Assembly: GCA_051362555.1 (NCBI GenBank)
Contig: CM120642.1
Location: 14,570,001 to 14,634,000, forward strand
DNA from: Lingula anatina
Lineage: Eukaryota; Animalia; Brachiopoda
Direction of reading: 5' to 3'
DNA length: 64,000 bases
Part shown: in pieces, positions 37,014 to 50,400 of the stretch
Layout: every line of letters begins with the position of its first letter
Position numbering within the stretch: the first letter of the stretch is position 1
Translations under genes and position numbers: made by a program
Notes under the pieces: generated by a model
What the model was told of the DNA's origin: nothing
Database searches by the model: none
Seen by the model: only the letters and a program-made list of their open reading frames with translations

Positions 37014-37451
37014 TCTATATTTTCTTCAATACGCAATGGAATTTTGTGGAATGCCTAAAGATTGCACAGATCGCCAAGCACTTGTTGTAGTGACCCAGAA
37101 AACAGTGTCAACGAGACTCTCGTTCTGCCATCGTGAACTTGTAATCTAGGTCAAACAAAAAAAAGGTTTCTATCTAATGGCATATTGCACACTTAATGTT
37201 TATATCTTATCTTAAGTTGAATTTTGTTGTAGTGAAATATTTCAAACAAGCGGTCCTTTAAATTGCAAATTTTGATTGTTGTTGAAGTTCTTGTTGTTGT
37301 GGTTTGAGATGAGGCCCATCTTTTAGTCACGTGACACGCGAGACTTCCGGATGCAGTTTGTCAACACTGAGAAAGCGTGAATAAAATGAGCAGTTAATTT
37401 ACTTTTAAAGCCTAGTACATTTTGCGATATTTATACAGTTCGTTTCGTGCA
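37014..37451. promoter_or_regulatory. Probable bidirectional promoter kinesin / C16orf87-like
   Basis: Divergent ATGs 438 bp apart. The interval has a palindromic E-box GTCACGTGAC (37326-37335) and an ETS/GABP-like ACTTCCGG (37343-37350). Confidence 0.6.
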
Positions 37452-40400
37452 ATGAGCTCCAGACCGAAAGATAAGTTTACTAGAACAGTGACGAAACGGT
37501 GCCCAGCATGTAAACAGCAAGTGAGTGTTGACTTTGCACTCTTTTTGTTTTTAAAAAAAGTTTTTCTCTTTTTTAATTTTTCGAAATATTTTTTTCGTGA
37601 AAATTAACCTGTAATTATTTATTTATTTATAATCTCTTATACACACTTTTTATTTTTAGATAATGATGTATTTAATGTAATTTCATAACTGCAAATGGTT
37701 GGATATATTGTGTAAAATTTTATGTGCAGCCAGCTCCATGTGCATGGTCATTTTGGAGAAAAATATATATTTAAAGTGACACCCAGTGTTTATCTAAAAC
37801 ATATCATGTATTTGGGGTGAAGCTTCCTGAATGCATCCCAATTAAACTTTCTTTAAAATCTCAATCTATGCTATATGAAATCTGCCTGTATTTTTTATCC
37901 AGAAAGATGATAAAAAGTTACATTGTTTAAAGCAGGCTAAGTTGAATTTTTTTATCTTATACAAGAACAAAATAGGATTGGAATTTTTTTTTTTTTTGCC
38001 TTTTTTCCCCAGATTCCTGTGGCTTGCCGTTCCTGTCCTTGTGGTCATGTATATCCAGCTAGAAGGACTGCTGCTAAATTAGGTATACATTCCCTGTTCT
38101 ATTCAGCCAATATCCCTAATAAATATATTTTTTTTCTTTTGCTCTGTTAATGAATATTTATTTACAAACAGCAACACTTCATAGACAACAAGGAAATAAA
38201 TCATAATATATATAGTTATATATATATATACTGAGATAGTTTTGTTTAACTGTGTAGTATATTTATATCTGTTACAGATCCTCCTGCAGGTGAAGTTAAG
38301 AAAAGACGGATGTCAGAAAGAACAAAGAAAGAACGACCTTCCTACTATGAATCCATAGATCTTAGACTGGTGTCCACTGCAAGGAGACGGGTGTGTATAA
38401 CACATTGTTCATCTTAGCTGTTTGATGAAAAAAACAAACAAACTCATTTTATTGAACTTTTTTACACAGTTTCAGCTATTAAATCATGACTAAAATTTTT
38501 GTAAGACTAAGTTTTATTTTGTTGCTATCAGTCTTAATTGAAGTGTGAGTAGAAAATTTACTTCAAATAGAAAAATATGTGTCACAAATATTTGTCATAG
38601 CTTAGGGGTAAGTAGGAAAATGTCTTGTATTAAGAAATATTTATTGAATAAAGGGTACTAACTTGAGAATCATATGTAATAATATTGATACATTCTTAAT
38701 TTAATTATGCTTACTATATAATATTATTATGCTTTCTGTATTTTTTTATGTACAGACACAGATGTGTCTGTACATATAGCCATCATCTGCGTCTGTCGTC
38801 GCCGTCGCCGTGCACTTTTACCGATAACACGATAAGTGGAAAACCATTTTGCCTTTTGATTTGAAACTTGCAGAACTGATGACTATTCATAATACGCAGG
38901 TCAAGTTCGAAAATCAGCATGATCGGGTCACTCTTAGGGAATTTATGCTGTTTTTTCACTTTTTTCAACATATATGCAGCACCGATAACACGATTAGTGG
39001 AAAACCATTGTACCTTTTGACTTGAAACTTACAGAACTGATGAATATTCATAATATGCAGGTCAAGTTCGAAAATCGGCATGATTGGGCCATTTTTAGGG
39101 AATTTATGCTGTTTTTTCACTTTTTCAGCATATATGCAGCACCGATAACACAGTAAGTGGAAAACCATTTTACCTTTTGGCTTGAAACTTACAGAACTGA
39201 TGAATATTCATAATCCGCAGGTCAAGTTCGAAAATCAGCATGATCGGGTCATTTTTATGGAAGTTACGCTGTTTTTTTCACTTTTCTCAGCATATATGCA
39301 ACACTGATAACACAATATAAGAAAAACGGATTGGCCAATTGGCATTATATTCACAGGAGTGGTCAATCTTACTAAAATGCAGGTTGAGTTCGAAAATCAG
39401 CATAATCGGGCCATTATTTTAGAAGTTATACTGCTTTTTCACATTTCCTCAGATTCAATTATTAGGCATGTTAACAGTCTCATTATTGAACTAATTAGAT
39501 GCGTAAAAGTGTTTGTTTGATATTTCCTGCATCTTTACAACATTGTTAGTTGATTATGTAAAAAAACATGGTAAACTTATTATCATATATTGTGTAATAA
39601 AGTGTCAAAAATGGAAATAAACTCATATCATTGCAGTTTGTCAGATTCAATCATCCACTATGTTCAGAATCTCAGAATGGAGGAAATTGGACATTTAACA
39701 CTGTTCTATTGATACTTTTCCCATCTCATCAATTTTCTTAGTTGGTCATATAAAAATGGCAGTAAAATGTTTATTTTGTTTTATGTTAAAAAAGTGTTAA
39801 AAATGGAAATAAACCCATTTCAGGACAGTGCTGTCTTGTTTACATTTTGGCATTTTCAAGATGTGACTTTGAAGTTCCATGGGCCTGAAGACCTTTGCTT
39901 GTCATGTTTTCTGAATGTCCATGTTACTAATATTTTATTAATAACATTTGATGGTTATTATGCTGTTAAACATTATGTAACGTTGCATCAAAATTTGAAG
40001 AAACCCCTATTTAGGGCACTGCTCCTATGATGACCATTTAAGGGAAAACATGTCACTTGCTGTTCTCAAACTTACAAGAAAGAAACATGGGTCTAACATA
40101 CAGCCTCAGTAGGCAATGCAGTCTGTTTGGTAAATTTTTCTGGCAATTTAACAGTTTTTTGTGAAAATTTAATTTTTCACTTATTGACATTTTCAAGGTG
40201 CGACTTAGAACCTTCATGGGCTTGAAGACCCTTGCTAGTCACATTTTCTGAAAATCCATGACACGTATATTTTATCATTTAAAATTGATGGTCATTATGC
40301 TGTTAAGCATTATGTAATGTTGCATCAAAATAGAAGAAAACACAATATTTGGTGCTACTGCCATGATGACCATTATGGGAAAACGGTGTTACTTATTACT

Positions 40401-42322
40401 GTCAAACTTTCAAAAAAGAAACACAGGACTAAAATGCAGCCCGAGTTGGAAAAGCAGTCTAATTGGCTTCTTTTTCTGGAAGTTATACACTTAGTGAAAT
40501 ATTCATTATCTTTTTGGCATATTCATTGTGGGACTCAGAGCTCCCATGGACATGAAGCCTAATGGTAATCAAATTTTCTACATGTCCATGCTATTTATAG
40601 TCAATAATCAAAAATTGGTGATAATTATTCTATAATTTATTATGTAATGTTACATCAAAATTGACAATAATCTTTTTGCACTGCTACTGCAAACATTATG
40701 AAAAGAAAACTGTGTTACTTATTATTATATTTAACTTATAAGTACGATTTTTAGGATTGGCATGCAGTTCAAATTAGAAAGCCAGGTCAATTGGGTCATC
40801 ATTTTTATTAAATTTATGCATTTTTTGTGAAATTTTCATTTTTCTCATTCTGGCACTTTCTAATTGAAAACTTGAACTCTGATGGGCCTGGAGCCTTATG
40901 CTTTTACTTTCATCAGCGTTACCTGTTGTGGATAATTAAAATTTTATGTTGACTGTGCAGTTAAACATAATGTATTATTGCATCAGAATTGGGCAGTCTC
41001 CTGTTTTTGTGCATTATTGTTTTCTGCTTTTCTTAAGGTGTGACTTATGGGCCTGAAGACCTTTGATAGACAAATTTGTGTGGTCAGTCTGTTAATTCCC
41101 CTTGGGTATTCACAAGGCTAATTTCAGTGCTATAAACTCATTTACCTAATTAAGTAGCCATTAATTGAAATTTCATAAAGCACACTTGTTAATATTTCCC
41201 TGTTAAGCTCTCTGCTAGATAACATAGTGTCCATAATAAGGAAGCAGTGAATAACAGCTTCATTAGAATTATATTTTTGTTGTTTCTATTTAATTTTTTC
41301 TCCAACACTGGCATTTTTAAGATGTGATTTTTAACTCCCATCCACCTGAGGCTGTGCACATTTTCAGTATTTCCACATAAGCAGCTGTATTGGTATTTAT
41401 GTCTTTAAACACGATGTAATATTATTTTATGCACTGTCATCATTTTTCATATATAGGGACTTTCATCATGTGAATTTTAACTCTCATGGTCCTGACATTG
41501 TAATCTTATTGAAAGGGTGGATTAAGACCATCTTCTGGGTCTCCTGGAAGACAGTCAGATTTTACAGTTTATATTAACGGGTTTCTGTTGGAAGACTATC
41601 AAAATGGAGGATGGATCAACAAAGATACTTTGGAATACTGTCAGAAAATATCTCTGAATCTGCTCCTGTTATTGACCAATGTTACCTGTTGTGCATGATT
41701 AAAAATCAGTGTTGACTGACTGTGCTATTATAAGCATTTATTATTGCATCAAAATTGACATAATGACCTATTTTGCATTTTTTTTTCTGTTTTTTGTCTG
41801 TACATTTGACAGCTTTGCTGCCTTGTTTAGATATTTGTATAATTTGTGACTAATTGTATTTGTAAATGAATGGATCATTTTGAAGCAATGGAAAAAAAAA
41901 CAGTGATCTTTTATATCTAGATTAAGACATATCTGTTTCTATTGCAGACCACCAGTACATGCAGTAGTACCAGTCCTGGAGATGGCAGGAGAAGAGGGCG
42001 GGGGAGGCCCAAAGGGTCTCAGAACAAACCTAAGACAGACTCACCGACTCCATCACCATGTAAGAGCTCACACCCTGGTGTCTTTGTGACAAACTTTCTC
42101 TTGAGTCCAATTTAAAAAAAATTGTGTGCACCAGATCAGTATTCCTCTAGAATGTTATTGTTTTCTTTAACCCAAGTTTTTTAAACCCAAATTGACAGAG
42201 AAAGTGAAAGTGTTAGTGATGTGTGTTATTTTGTTGTGTCGTAAGTATAATTATATATCAATTGCTGCCTGTGATAAGGGCTTGTTTCTTGCCAAACCAT
42301 GCAGGGGATAGCAGAATAAATG

Positions 42323-42354
<32 letters not shown>

Positions 42355-42602
42355 TCACTTTTCTTACAATCACTATTTCATCTGTTTGTTAGACAATAGT
42401 GAATTATATCAGAGGTCACAGGATTATATTTTATTTTCATTGTATTTTAGCTCCATCAAACTCAGCATCAGAGAGGCAATCAGAATCAAAAGAGGAGGAC
42501 AATTCTTATGATAACTTAAGTGCTGAAAAATCATTTCAATATTCCATCATCTTAGCTGAAATTAATAGGAAGTTTTGCAGTCAAGGCTCACAACCAAGGT
42601 GA
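37452..42602 (+). CDS. C16orf87: UPF0547 / C16orf87 homologue (zinc ribbon plus AT-hook-like motif), 5 exons (37452-37520, 38013-38082, 38278-38390, 41948-42059, 42451-42602)
   Basis: The spliced protein [37 protein letters not shown]...RRRGRGRPKGS...YDNLSAEKSFQYSIILAEINRKF matches the recognisable C16orf87 pattern (CPxCxQQxPVACxSCPCG; RGRGRPK; LAEINRK). Confidence 0.9.
38741..41828 (+). mobile_element. Helentron-associated non-autonomous element (HINE / DINE-1-like), copy 1, complete, in C16orf87 intron 3
   Basis: T-run, then a 14-bp hairpin TATGTACAGACACA-ga-TGTGTCTGTACATA, a GTC/GCC microsatellite and 161-bp tandem cores. The 3' end has the sub-terminal repeat TGTCTGTACAT, a short hairpin GACAGC-ttt-GCTGCC and TTGTT. 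Confidence 0.8.
42325..42353. repeat. (AC)n microsatellite
   Basis: Seen directly. Confidence 0.9.
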
Positions 42603-43426
42603 ATTGGATTTTACTAGATTTGGTTGTGGACTATGCAGAAAAATGTTGGAACCAATATCAGTTGTTTTGCAAGGCTGATCAAGTGTGGGCGTTACAGTGA
42701 CGTAAAAACAAAAATGCATAAAATGTGACACAGTCCACCTGGGAATATGCATTTCAGAAGCTCACTTAATACTGAGAAGAAAACAGTTCTACATGCTCCA
42801 TCTGTTTCCATGGAAATAAACAACAAAGAAATATACCAGGCATTCCTTTCCCATTTTCTGTAGTACAAATGCATCAGATGAGGATTACATTTTCAGTCTG
42901 CCTATAATAACTTCAAAGTTCCAAATAAAATACTGATATGATCTTTATTTAAAACAATAAGTAGTCAACATACATATAATATGCATTGCTTAATATGCTT
43001 TATTTGCAAAGACAACAGAATTGGTTACTTTAATACATTTAATGGATATAATTTTTGAGAAAAAGATGGTGTTACGGTGACCAAGTTTTTTGCAGCACAA
43101 AGGCATTTTCAAAATCAAACCTAAAATGGAAGTTCCTAATTATTTTAAGTGCATATAAAGTAGCCCTTTTGTGGTGCTCTAGATATAAAAGCTGGCTACT
43201 TATTCATGTTCTATTGTGGTATATTTGTAAAATGTAATTTCTTTTGAAGAGGAATATCTAGGGCTTTATAATCTGTAGATGTAATCAATATTAACCTTAA
43301 AGTCAAAAAGAATCTTTTTTATGTACAGACACAGATGTGTCTGTACATATAGCCATCATCTGCGTCTGTCGTCGCCGTCGTCGCTGTCGCCGTCGTCGCC
43401 GTCGTCGCCGTCGCCGTGCACTTTTT

Positions 43427-44210
43427 CCGATAACACGATAAGTGGAAAACCATTTTACCTTTTGACTTGAAACTTGCAGAACTGATGAATATTCATAATA
43501 CGCAGGTCAAGTTCGAAAATCAGCATGATCGGGTCACTTTTAGGGAATTTATGCTGTTTTTTCACTTTTTTCAGCATATATGCAGCACCGATAACACGAT
43601 AAGTGGAAAACCATTTTACCTTTTGACTTGAAACTTACAGAACTGATGAATATTCATAATAAGCAGGTCAAGTTCGAAAATCAGCATGATCGGGTCACTT
43701 TTAGGGAATTTATGCTGTTTTTTCACTTTTTTCAGCATGTATGCAGCACCGATAACACGATAAGTGGAAAACAATTTTACCTTTTGACTTGAAACTTACA
43801 GAACTGATGAATATTCATAATACGCAGGTCAAGTTCGAAAATCAGCATGATCGGGTCACTTTTAGGGAATTTATGCTGTTTTTTCACTTTTTTCAGCATA
43901 TATGCAGCACCGATAACACGATAAGTGGAAAACCATTTTACCTTTTGACTTGAAACTTACAGAACTGATGAATATTCATAATACGCAGGTCAAGTTCGAA
44001 AATCAGCATGATCGGGTCACTTTTAGGTAATTTATGCTTTTTTTTCACTATTTTCAATATAAATGCAACACTGATAACACAATATAAGAAAAACGGATTG
44101 GCCAATTGTAATTATACTCACAGGAGTGGTCAATCTTACTAAAACGCAGGTTGAGTTCGAAAATAAGCATAATCGGGCCATTACTTAAGAAGTTATACTG
44201 TTTTTTCACA
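43427..44210 (+). repeat. 161-bp tandem repeat array (~5 units, the last diverged)
   Basis: ccgataacacgataagtggaaaacc... recurs every 161 bp. Confidence 0.92.
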
Positions 44211-44984
44211 TTTCCTGAGATTCAATTATTAGGCATGTTAACAGTCTCATCATTTAACTAATAAGATGCCTAAAAGTGTTTGTTTGATATTTCCTGCATC
44301 TTTACAACATTGTTAGTTGATTATGTAAAAAACATGGTAAACTTGTTATCATGTATTGTGTAATAAAGTGTCAAAAATGGAAATAAACTCATATCATTGC
44401 AGTTTGTCAGATTCAATCATCCACTATGTTCAGAATCTCAGAATGGAGGAAATTGGACATTTAACACTGTTCTATTGATACTTTTCCCATCTCATCAATT
44501 TTCTTAGTTGGACATATAAAAATGGCAGTAAAATGTTTATTTTGTTTTATGTTAAAAAAAGTGTTAAAAATGGACATAAACCCATTTCAGAAAAGTGCTG
44601 TCTTGTTTACATTTTGGCATTATCAAGGCGTGACTTTGGAAGTTCCATGGGCCTGAAGACCTTTGCTAGTCACATTTTCTGAATATCTGTGATACAAATA
44701 TTTTATAATTAAAAATTGATGGTCATTAAGCTGTTAAACATTATGTAATATTGCATCAAAATTTGAAGAAACCCCCATTTTGGGCACTGCTTCCATGATG
44801 ACCATTTAAGGAAAATCATGTCACTTACTGTTCTCAAACTTACAGGATAGAAACATGGGACTAAAATACAGCTTCAGTAGGCAATGCAGTCTGTTTGGTT
44901 TTTTTTTTTTTTTTTTGGCAGTTAAACAGTTTTTTGTGAAAATTTAATTTTTCACATATTGGCATTTTCAAGGTGTGACTTTAA

Positions 44985-46559
44985 GGGATCTTGGATATTA
45001 ACGAAAAAGTCCAAAACTAATGCAGCTAATGAAATTTCCTATTAACTTAAAGAAAAGGTCTAGCAAGCCAAACAATTTTTCAAAGTTTGTAGTCACAGTG
45101 TAACACGAGTGACGTAATATCAGCGTTTTGAGGCTAAAATTGTCTTTTTTTTAATCAAGAATTTCTCTTAAACAAAAGGCCCTATTAATACGATTGAAAT
45201 AGCTATCTAAAGGTTAGCACAAACTCCATTAAACTCTGTCAGGATTTTCTCTTTTTATTTTTACTTTTGATTTTATTTTGATAAAACGTGAATTTTACGA
45301 AATATTTATGGACCTTCCAATTTCAGTATTAATAACTTCAAAAATAAAAGGTCAATCCAAAAACCAAGACTCAGACGACTAGATATTATACTGAAACAGA
45401 GACACATCAAATTTCATGTCAATCTGACAGTTACAGAATGAGATATGGGGATTGAAGTTTAGACTATGTTATCAATCTTCAAAGCTGAGAAATCGCTCCT
45501 AAACCATTTTGCTCAGGTAATTGGGCTATTTAAGCAAAATAATTGCACCTCCACCTTACCTGTTATCATCTTGTTGATCGGGAAGGTCTATGCACAATTA
45601 CGTGTTAAAATTGGGTTGTTTGTTTCTATCTAGATGCCAGAAAATCTTAATTTTGTACGCAAACTTATTCGTACCACGAAAGTCGCTCTTCCCTGGGAAA
45701 TGATTGACAGCTGAGTAGGTCTACCTACTCTCGTTTCACTGACGTAATTAATCATAATTGTGCCTGACGCAGTTGGAGTCTGTGCACTGTCTAGGAAGTG
45801 TCTAAGGAAGCGCTTACAAACAAAAAGAGGATTACATGGTGTGCCAGCAGAGGACAATGCCACCCGTCGTGCGTGGACGCCGCTCTACACACCAAGACGC
45901 GAAAATTGAGAAAGTAAAGCAAGATTTACTCCGAGAAATGGCCGAATGTGGGTTCGTATATGCCATGATGCCACAGAGTGCCAAGACCGTAATATGCGAA
46001 TTTGAAAATGTTTTGGGTGGCAATATTACTTTAAAACTTGCTTGCTATTACAATCTTTATTGTGCATAAAATGATTGCCTAACGATTTTTTTCTGACAAC
46101 CCCAGACGTTGTACGAATACTCAGCAGTTCAAGTGTGATCTCGAGTCTTTACCGCGGGGTTTCTCCATCCACCAGAAGCACTCTCTTTCAAAATTCTCTT
46201 GCTTTCCTCGCTCATCCGTTTTCTCACGACTTTCTTTCTTCCCATGACTGTGTATATAAATGTGTTCTGCTTAGCTGACGTAAGACTTATGAGCTGCCAG
46301 GGCACGCGTAACAGCTTAAGAAGTTAGACAACCATTCTTGCCCCGCCCCCCATAGTAACGGTGCTTGACAACGGAGGCGGAGCCTAAAGCCTGCCACCCG
46401 TACCAGTCAGGACAGGTAGAAAAACTCGTCCAAATGTATATTTTTAGTCCGTGTTTCACAAATATAACTTAATTGAGTATTAGATACAAAATTGATTATT
46501 TCTAACGTATAAAAAACTAAAAATCGAGTTTTAGACGTATTTTTAATATCCTAGACCCC
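44985..46559. mobile_element. 1.6-kb non-autonomous DNA transposon with TTAA TSD (Kolobok-like), nested in HINE copy 2
   Basis: TTAA|GGGATCTTGGATATTAA ... TTAATATCCTAGACCCC|TTAA imperfect TIRs. Removing the element restores gtgactttaaagttccatg, matching the gtgactttgaagttccatg of the other HINE copies. Confidence 0.82.
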
Positions 46560-47492
46560 TTAAAGTTCCATGATCTTGAAGACTTTTGCTTGTCACATTT
46601 TCTGAATGTCCATGTTACTAATATTTTATTAATAACATTTGATTGTCATTATGCTGTTAAACATTATGTAATGTTGCATCAAAATTTGAAGAAACCCCTA
46701 TTTTGGGCACTGCTCCTATGATGACCATTTAAGGGAAATCATGTCACTTACTGTTCTCAAACTTACAGGAAAGAAACATGGGTCTTACATACAGTTTCAA
46801 TAGGCAACGCAGTCTGTTTGGTAAATTTTTCTGGCAATTTAACAGTTTTTTGTGAAAATTTAATTTTTCACTTATTTGCATCTTTATTTTCTGTTCTTTG
46901 TCTGTACATTTGACAGCTTTGCTGCCTTGTTTAAAAGCTCATTTTATATTACTAACTGTATTCCAAAAATGTTCTAAATATTGTTTTAAGATTTTGGTGT
47001 TTATGTGTATTTTGAGCCACACACACCAGATACACTTCAGTCTAAATGCACTATGTTACTGTACTATGCCAGTAAATTTTGCTAGCATTTTGCCAGTTGT
47101 ATAATTGGTGATTGTTTTAAGGACAAAATGTGCTTGAGAACGTTACACAGTGGCAAACACTATGAAAATACCATTCAATGGAATAATTGTAATTTTATAC
47201 ATGAGGCCTACTGGGAAATACATTCATAAGAAATTTACTGTGTCATGTGATTATTGGAAAATTGCAAAAGCTATTTCAGGCTTAAAGTTGTGTGTGTGTG
47301 TGTGTATGTTTAGTGAAATGGAGTTATGGAAATTCCTGATATCACTGCCCGTAAAAGGTGTCGGGTACAAGCAGAGAAAAATTATTTTGATGGCCGAGAT
47401 CCAAGCTCGTTATCACTTCAGGATGGGATCGCCATCTCGGTAGGACTTTCATATCCAGTGTTTCTTTGCAAATATCGCCTGCTGTCATGTTC

Positions 47493-50400
47493 TTTTATTA
47501 TGTACAGACACAGATGTGTCTGTACATATAGCCATCACCTGCGTCTGTCGTCGTCGCCGTGCACTTTGACCACCGATAACATGATAAGTGAAAAAACGTT
47601 TTACCTTTTGGCTTGAAACTTACAGAACTGATGAGCTTTCATAATATGCAGGTCAAGTTCGAAAATCAGCATAATATGGCCATCTATATGGAAGTTATGC
47701 TGTTTTTTCACTTTTTTCAGCATATATGCAACACCGATAACACGATAAGTGAAAAACCGTTTTACCTTTTGGCTTGAAACTTATGGAACTGATGACTATT
47801 CATAATACACAGGTCAAGTTTGAAAATCAGCATGATCGGGCCATTTTTATGGAAGTTATGCTCTTTTTTCATTTTTTTATGCATATATGCAACACTGATA
47901 ACACGATAAGTGAAAAACCGTTTTACCTTTTGGCTTGAAACTTACAGAACTGATGACTATTCATAATACACAGGTCAAGTTTGAAAATCAGCGTGATTGG
48001 ACCAATTTTATGGAAGTTATGCTGTTTTTTTTACTTCTTTTTAGCATGTATGCAATACCGATAACGCATTTCAAGGAAAATCAATTGGCCAATTGTCTTG
48101 AAATTTACAGGGGTGATCAGTCTTACTGAAATACAGATGGAGTTCGAAAATAAGCTCCATTGGTTCAGTTCTGGTGAAGTTATGCCTTTTTTATGTACAG
48201 ACACAGATGTGTCTGTACATATAGCCGTCATCTGCGTCTGTCGTCGCCGTCGCCGTGCACTTTTACCGATAACACGATAAGTGGAAAAATATTTTTTCTT
48301 TTGGCTTGAAACTTACAGAACTGATGAATATTCATAATATGCAGGTCAAGTTCGAAAATCAGCATGATCGGGTCACTTATAGGGAATTTATGCTGTTTTT
48401 TCACTTTTTTCAGCATATATGCAGCACCGATAACACCATAAATGGAAAACCATTTTACCTTTTGGCTTGAAACTTACAGAACTGATGAATATTCATAATA
48501 CGCAGGTCAAGTTCCAAAATTAGCGTGATTGGGTCATTTTTAGTAAATTTAAGCTATTTTTTCTCTTTTTTCAGCATATATACAGCACCGATAACACCAT
48601 AAATGGAAAACCATTTTACCTTTTGGCTTGAAACTTACCGAACTGATGAATATTCATAATACGCAGGTCAAGTTTGAAAATCAGCATGATTGGGTCATTT
48701 TTACTGAATTTAGGCTATTTTTTCACTTTTTTTCAGCATTTTTGCAACACCGATAACACAATAAATGAAAAGCTGTTTTACCCTTTGGCTTGAAACTTAC
48801 AGAACTGATAAATATTCATAATACACAGGTCGAGTTTGAAAATCAGCATGATTGGACCACTTTTATGGAAGTTAAGTTGTTTTTTTCACTTTTTTCAGCA
48901 TATATGCAACACTGATAACACGATAAGTGAAAAACAGATAGGCCAATTGTCATAATACTCATAGGAGTGGCCAATCTTACTAAAATGAAGGTTGAGTTGG
49001 AAAATCAGCATAATCGGTCCATTATTTTAGAAGTTATGCTGTTTTTTCACATTTCCTCACATTCAATTCTTAGGCATGTTAACACTCTCATTATTTAACT
49101 AGTAAGATACGTAAAAGTGTTTGTTTGGCATTTCCTGCATCTTTACAACATTGTTAGTTGGTTTTGTAAAAATGATAGTAAACCTGTTATCGTGTATTGT
49201 GTAATAAAGTGTCAAAAATGGAAATAAACACATATCATTGCAGTTTGTCAGATTCAATCATCCACTATGTTCAGAATCTCATAATGGAGGAAATTGGACA
49301 TATAACACTGTCTTATTGATATTTTCCCATCTCATCAATTTTCTTAGTTGGTCATATAAAAATGGCACTGTTTATTTTGTTTTATGTTTAAAAAGTCTTA
49401 AAAATGGTAATAAACCCATTTCAGAACAGTGCTGTCTTGTTTCACTTTTTTCAGCATTTATGTAGCACCGATAACATGATAAGTAAAATACCGTTTTACT
49501 TTTTGGCTTGAAACTTACAGAACTGATTAATATTTATAATACGCAGTATTTATAATAGCAGGTTAAGTTTGAAATTCAGCATGATCCGGCCAATTTTAGG
49601 GAAGTTATGATGGGGTTTTTTTTTCAAATTTTTCAGCATTTTTGTAACACGGAAAACAGGATCAGTGTAAAAATGTTTTTCTTTTTGGATTGAAACTGAT
49701 GAATATTCATAATACGCATTTCAAGTTTGAAAATTGGCTTGATTGGACTATATTTACAACTGTTATGCTGTTTTTTTCCTTATTCAGCATATATGCAACA
49801 CTGATAACACATTTTAAGGAAAACCAATCAGCCTTTTGTCTTGCAACTCACAGCAGTGATTAGTCTGACTAGTATACAGATCAAGTTTGAAAATAAGCTT
49901 GATCAGTTAAGTTTTGATGAAGTTATTAGCCTTTTTGTATATAAGTGTTTTTTTTCTATTTCCTATTTTTTGTCCCTTTAATTCTTAGGCATGTTAACAG
50001 TCTCAATATGGAACTAATTAGATATGTAAAAGTGTTGTTTTGACATTTTCTGCTTCTTAACAATATTGTTAGTTGATTATATAAAAATGATGGTAAACCT
50101 GTTATCATGCATTGTGTAATAAAGTATCAAAAATGGAAAGGAACTCATCATTGCAGTTTGTCAGATCCAGTCATTCACTATGTTCAGAATCTGCAAATGG
50201 AGCAAATTAGACATTTAAAATTGTTCTATTGATATTTTTCCTATGTCGACAATTTTCCTAGATGATCATTTAAAAATGACAGTAAATTGATTATTTTGTT
50301 TTATGTAAAAAGGTGTTGAAAATGGAAAGAAAATCATTTCAGTACAGTTATCTCTTGTTTACATTTTGGCATTTTGAACTTTGAACTTTGAACTTCCATG

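Larger units (their letters stand above)
43315..46932 (+). mobile_element. HINE copy 2, complete, interrupted by a TTAA element
   Basis: Same 5' hairpin, an expanded (GTCGCC/GTC) microsatellite, near-identical 161-bp units starting at 43427, 43588, 43749 and 43910, and the same 3' end at ~46899-46932. Confidence 0.8.

Noticed and set aside
43505-43522. GTTCGAA in each 161-bp unit as a Pol III B-box or tRNA-derived SINE
   Set aside because: It is only a partial match, with no A-box or cloverleaf, and the element termini indicate a Helentron type.
38821-49000. Regularly spaced repeats that might suggest a CRISPR array
   Set aside because: The units are 161-bp head-to-tail repeats with no unique spacers, there are no cas genes, and the context is eukaryotic.
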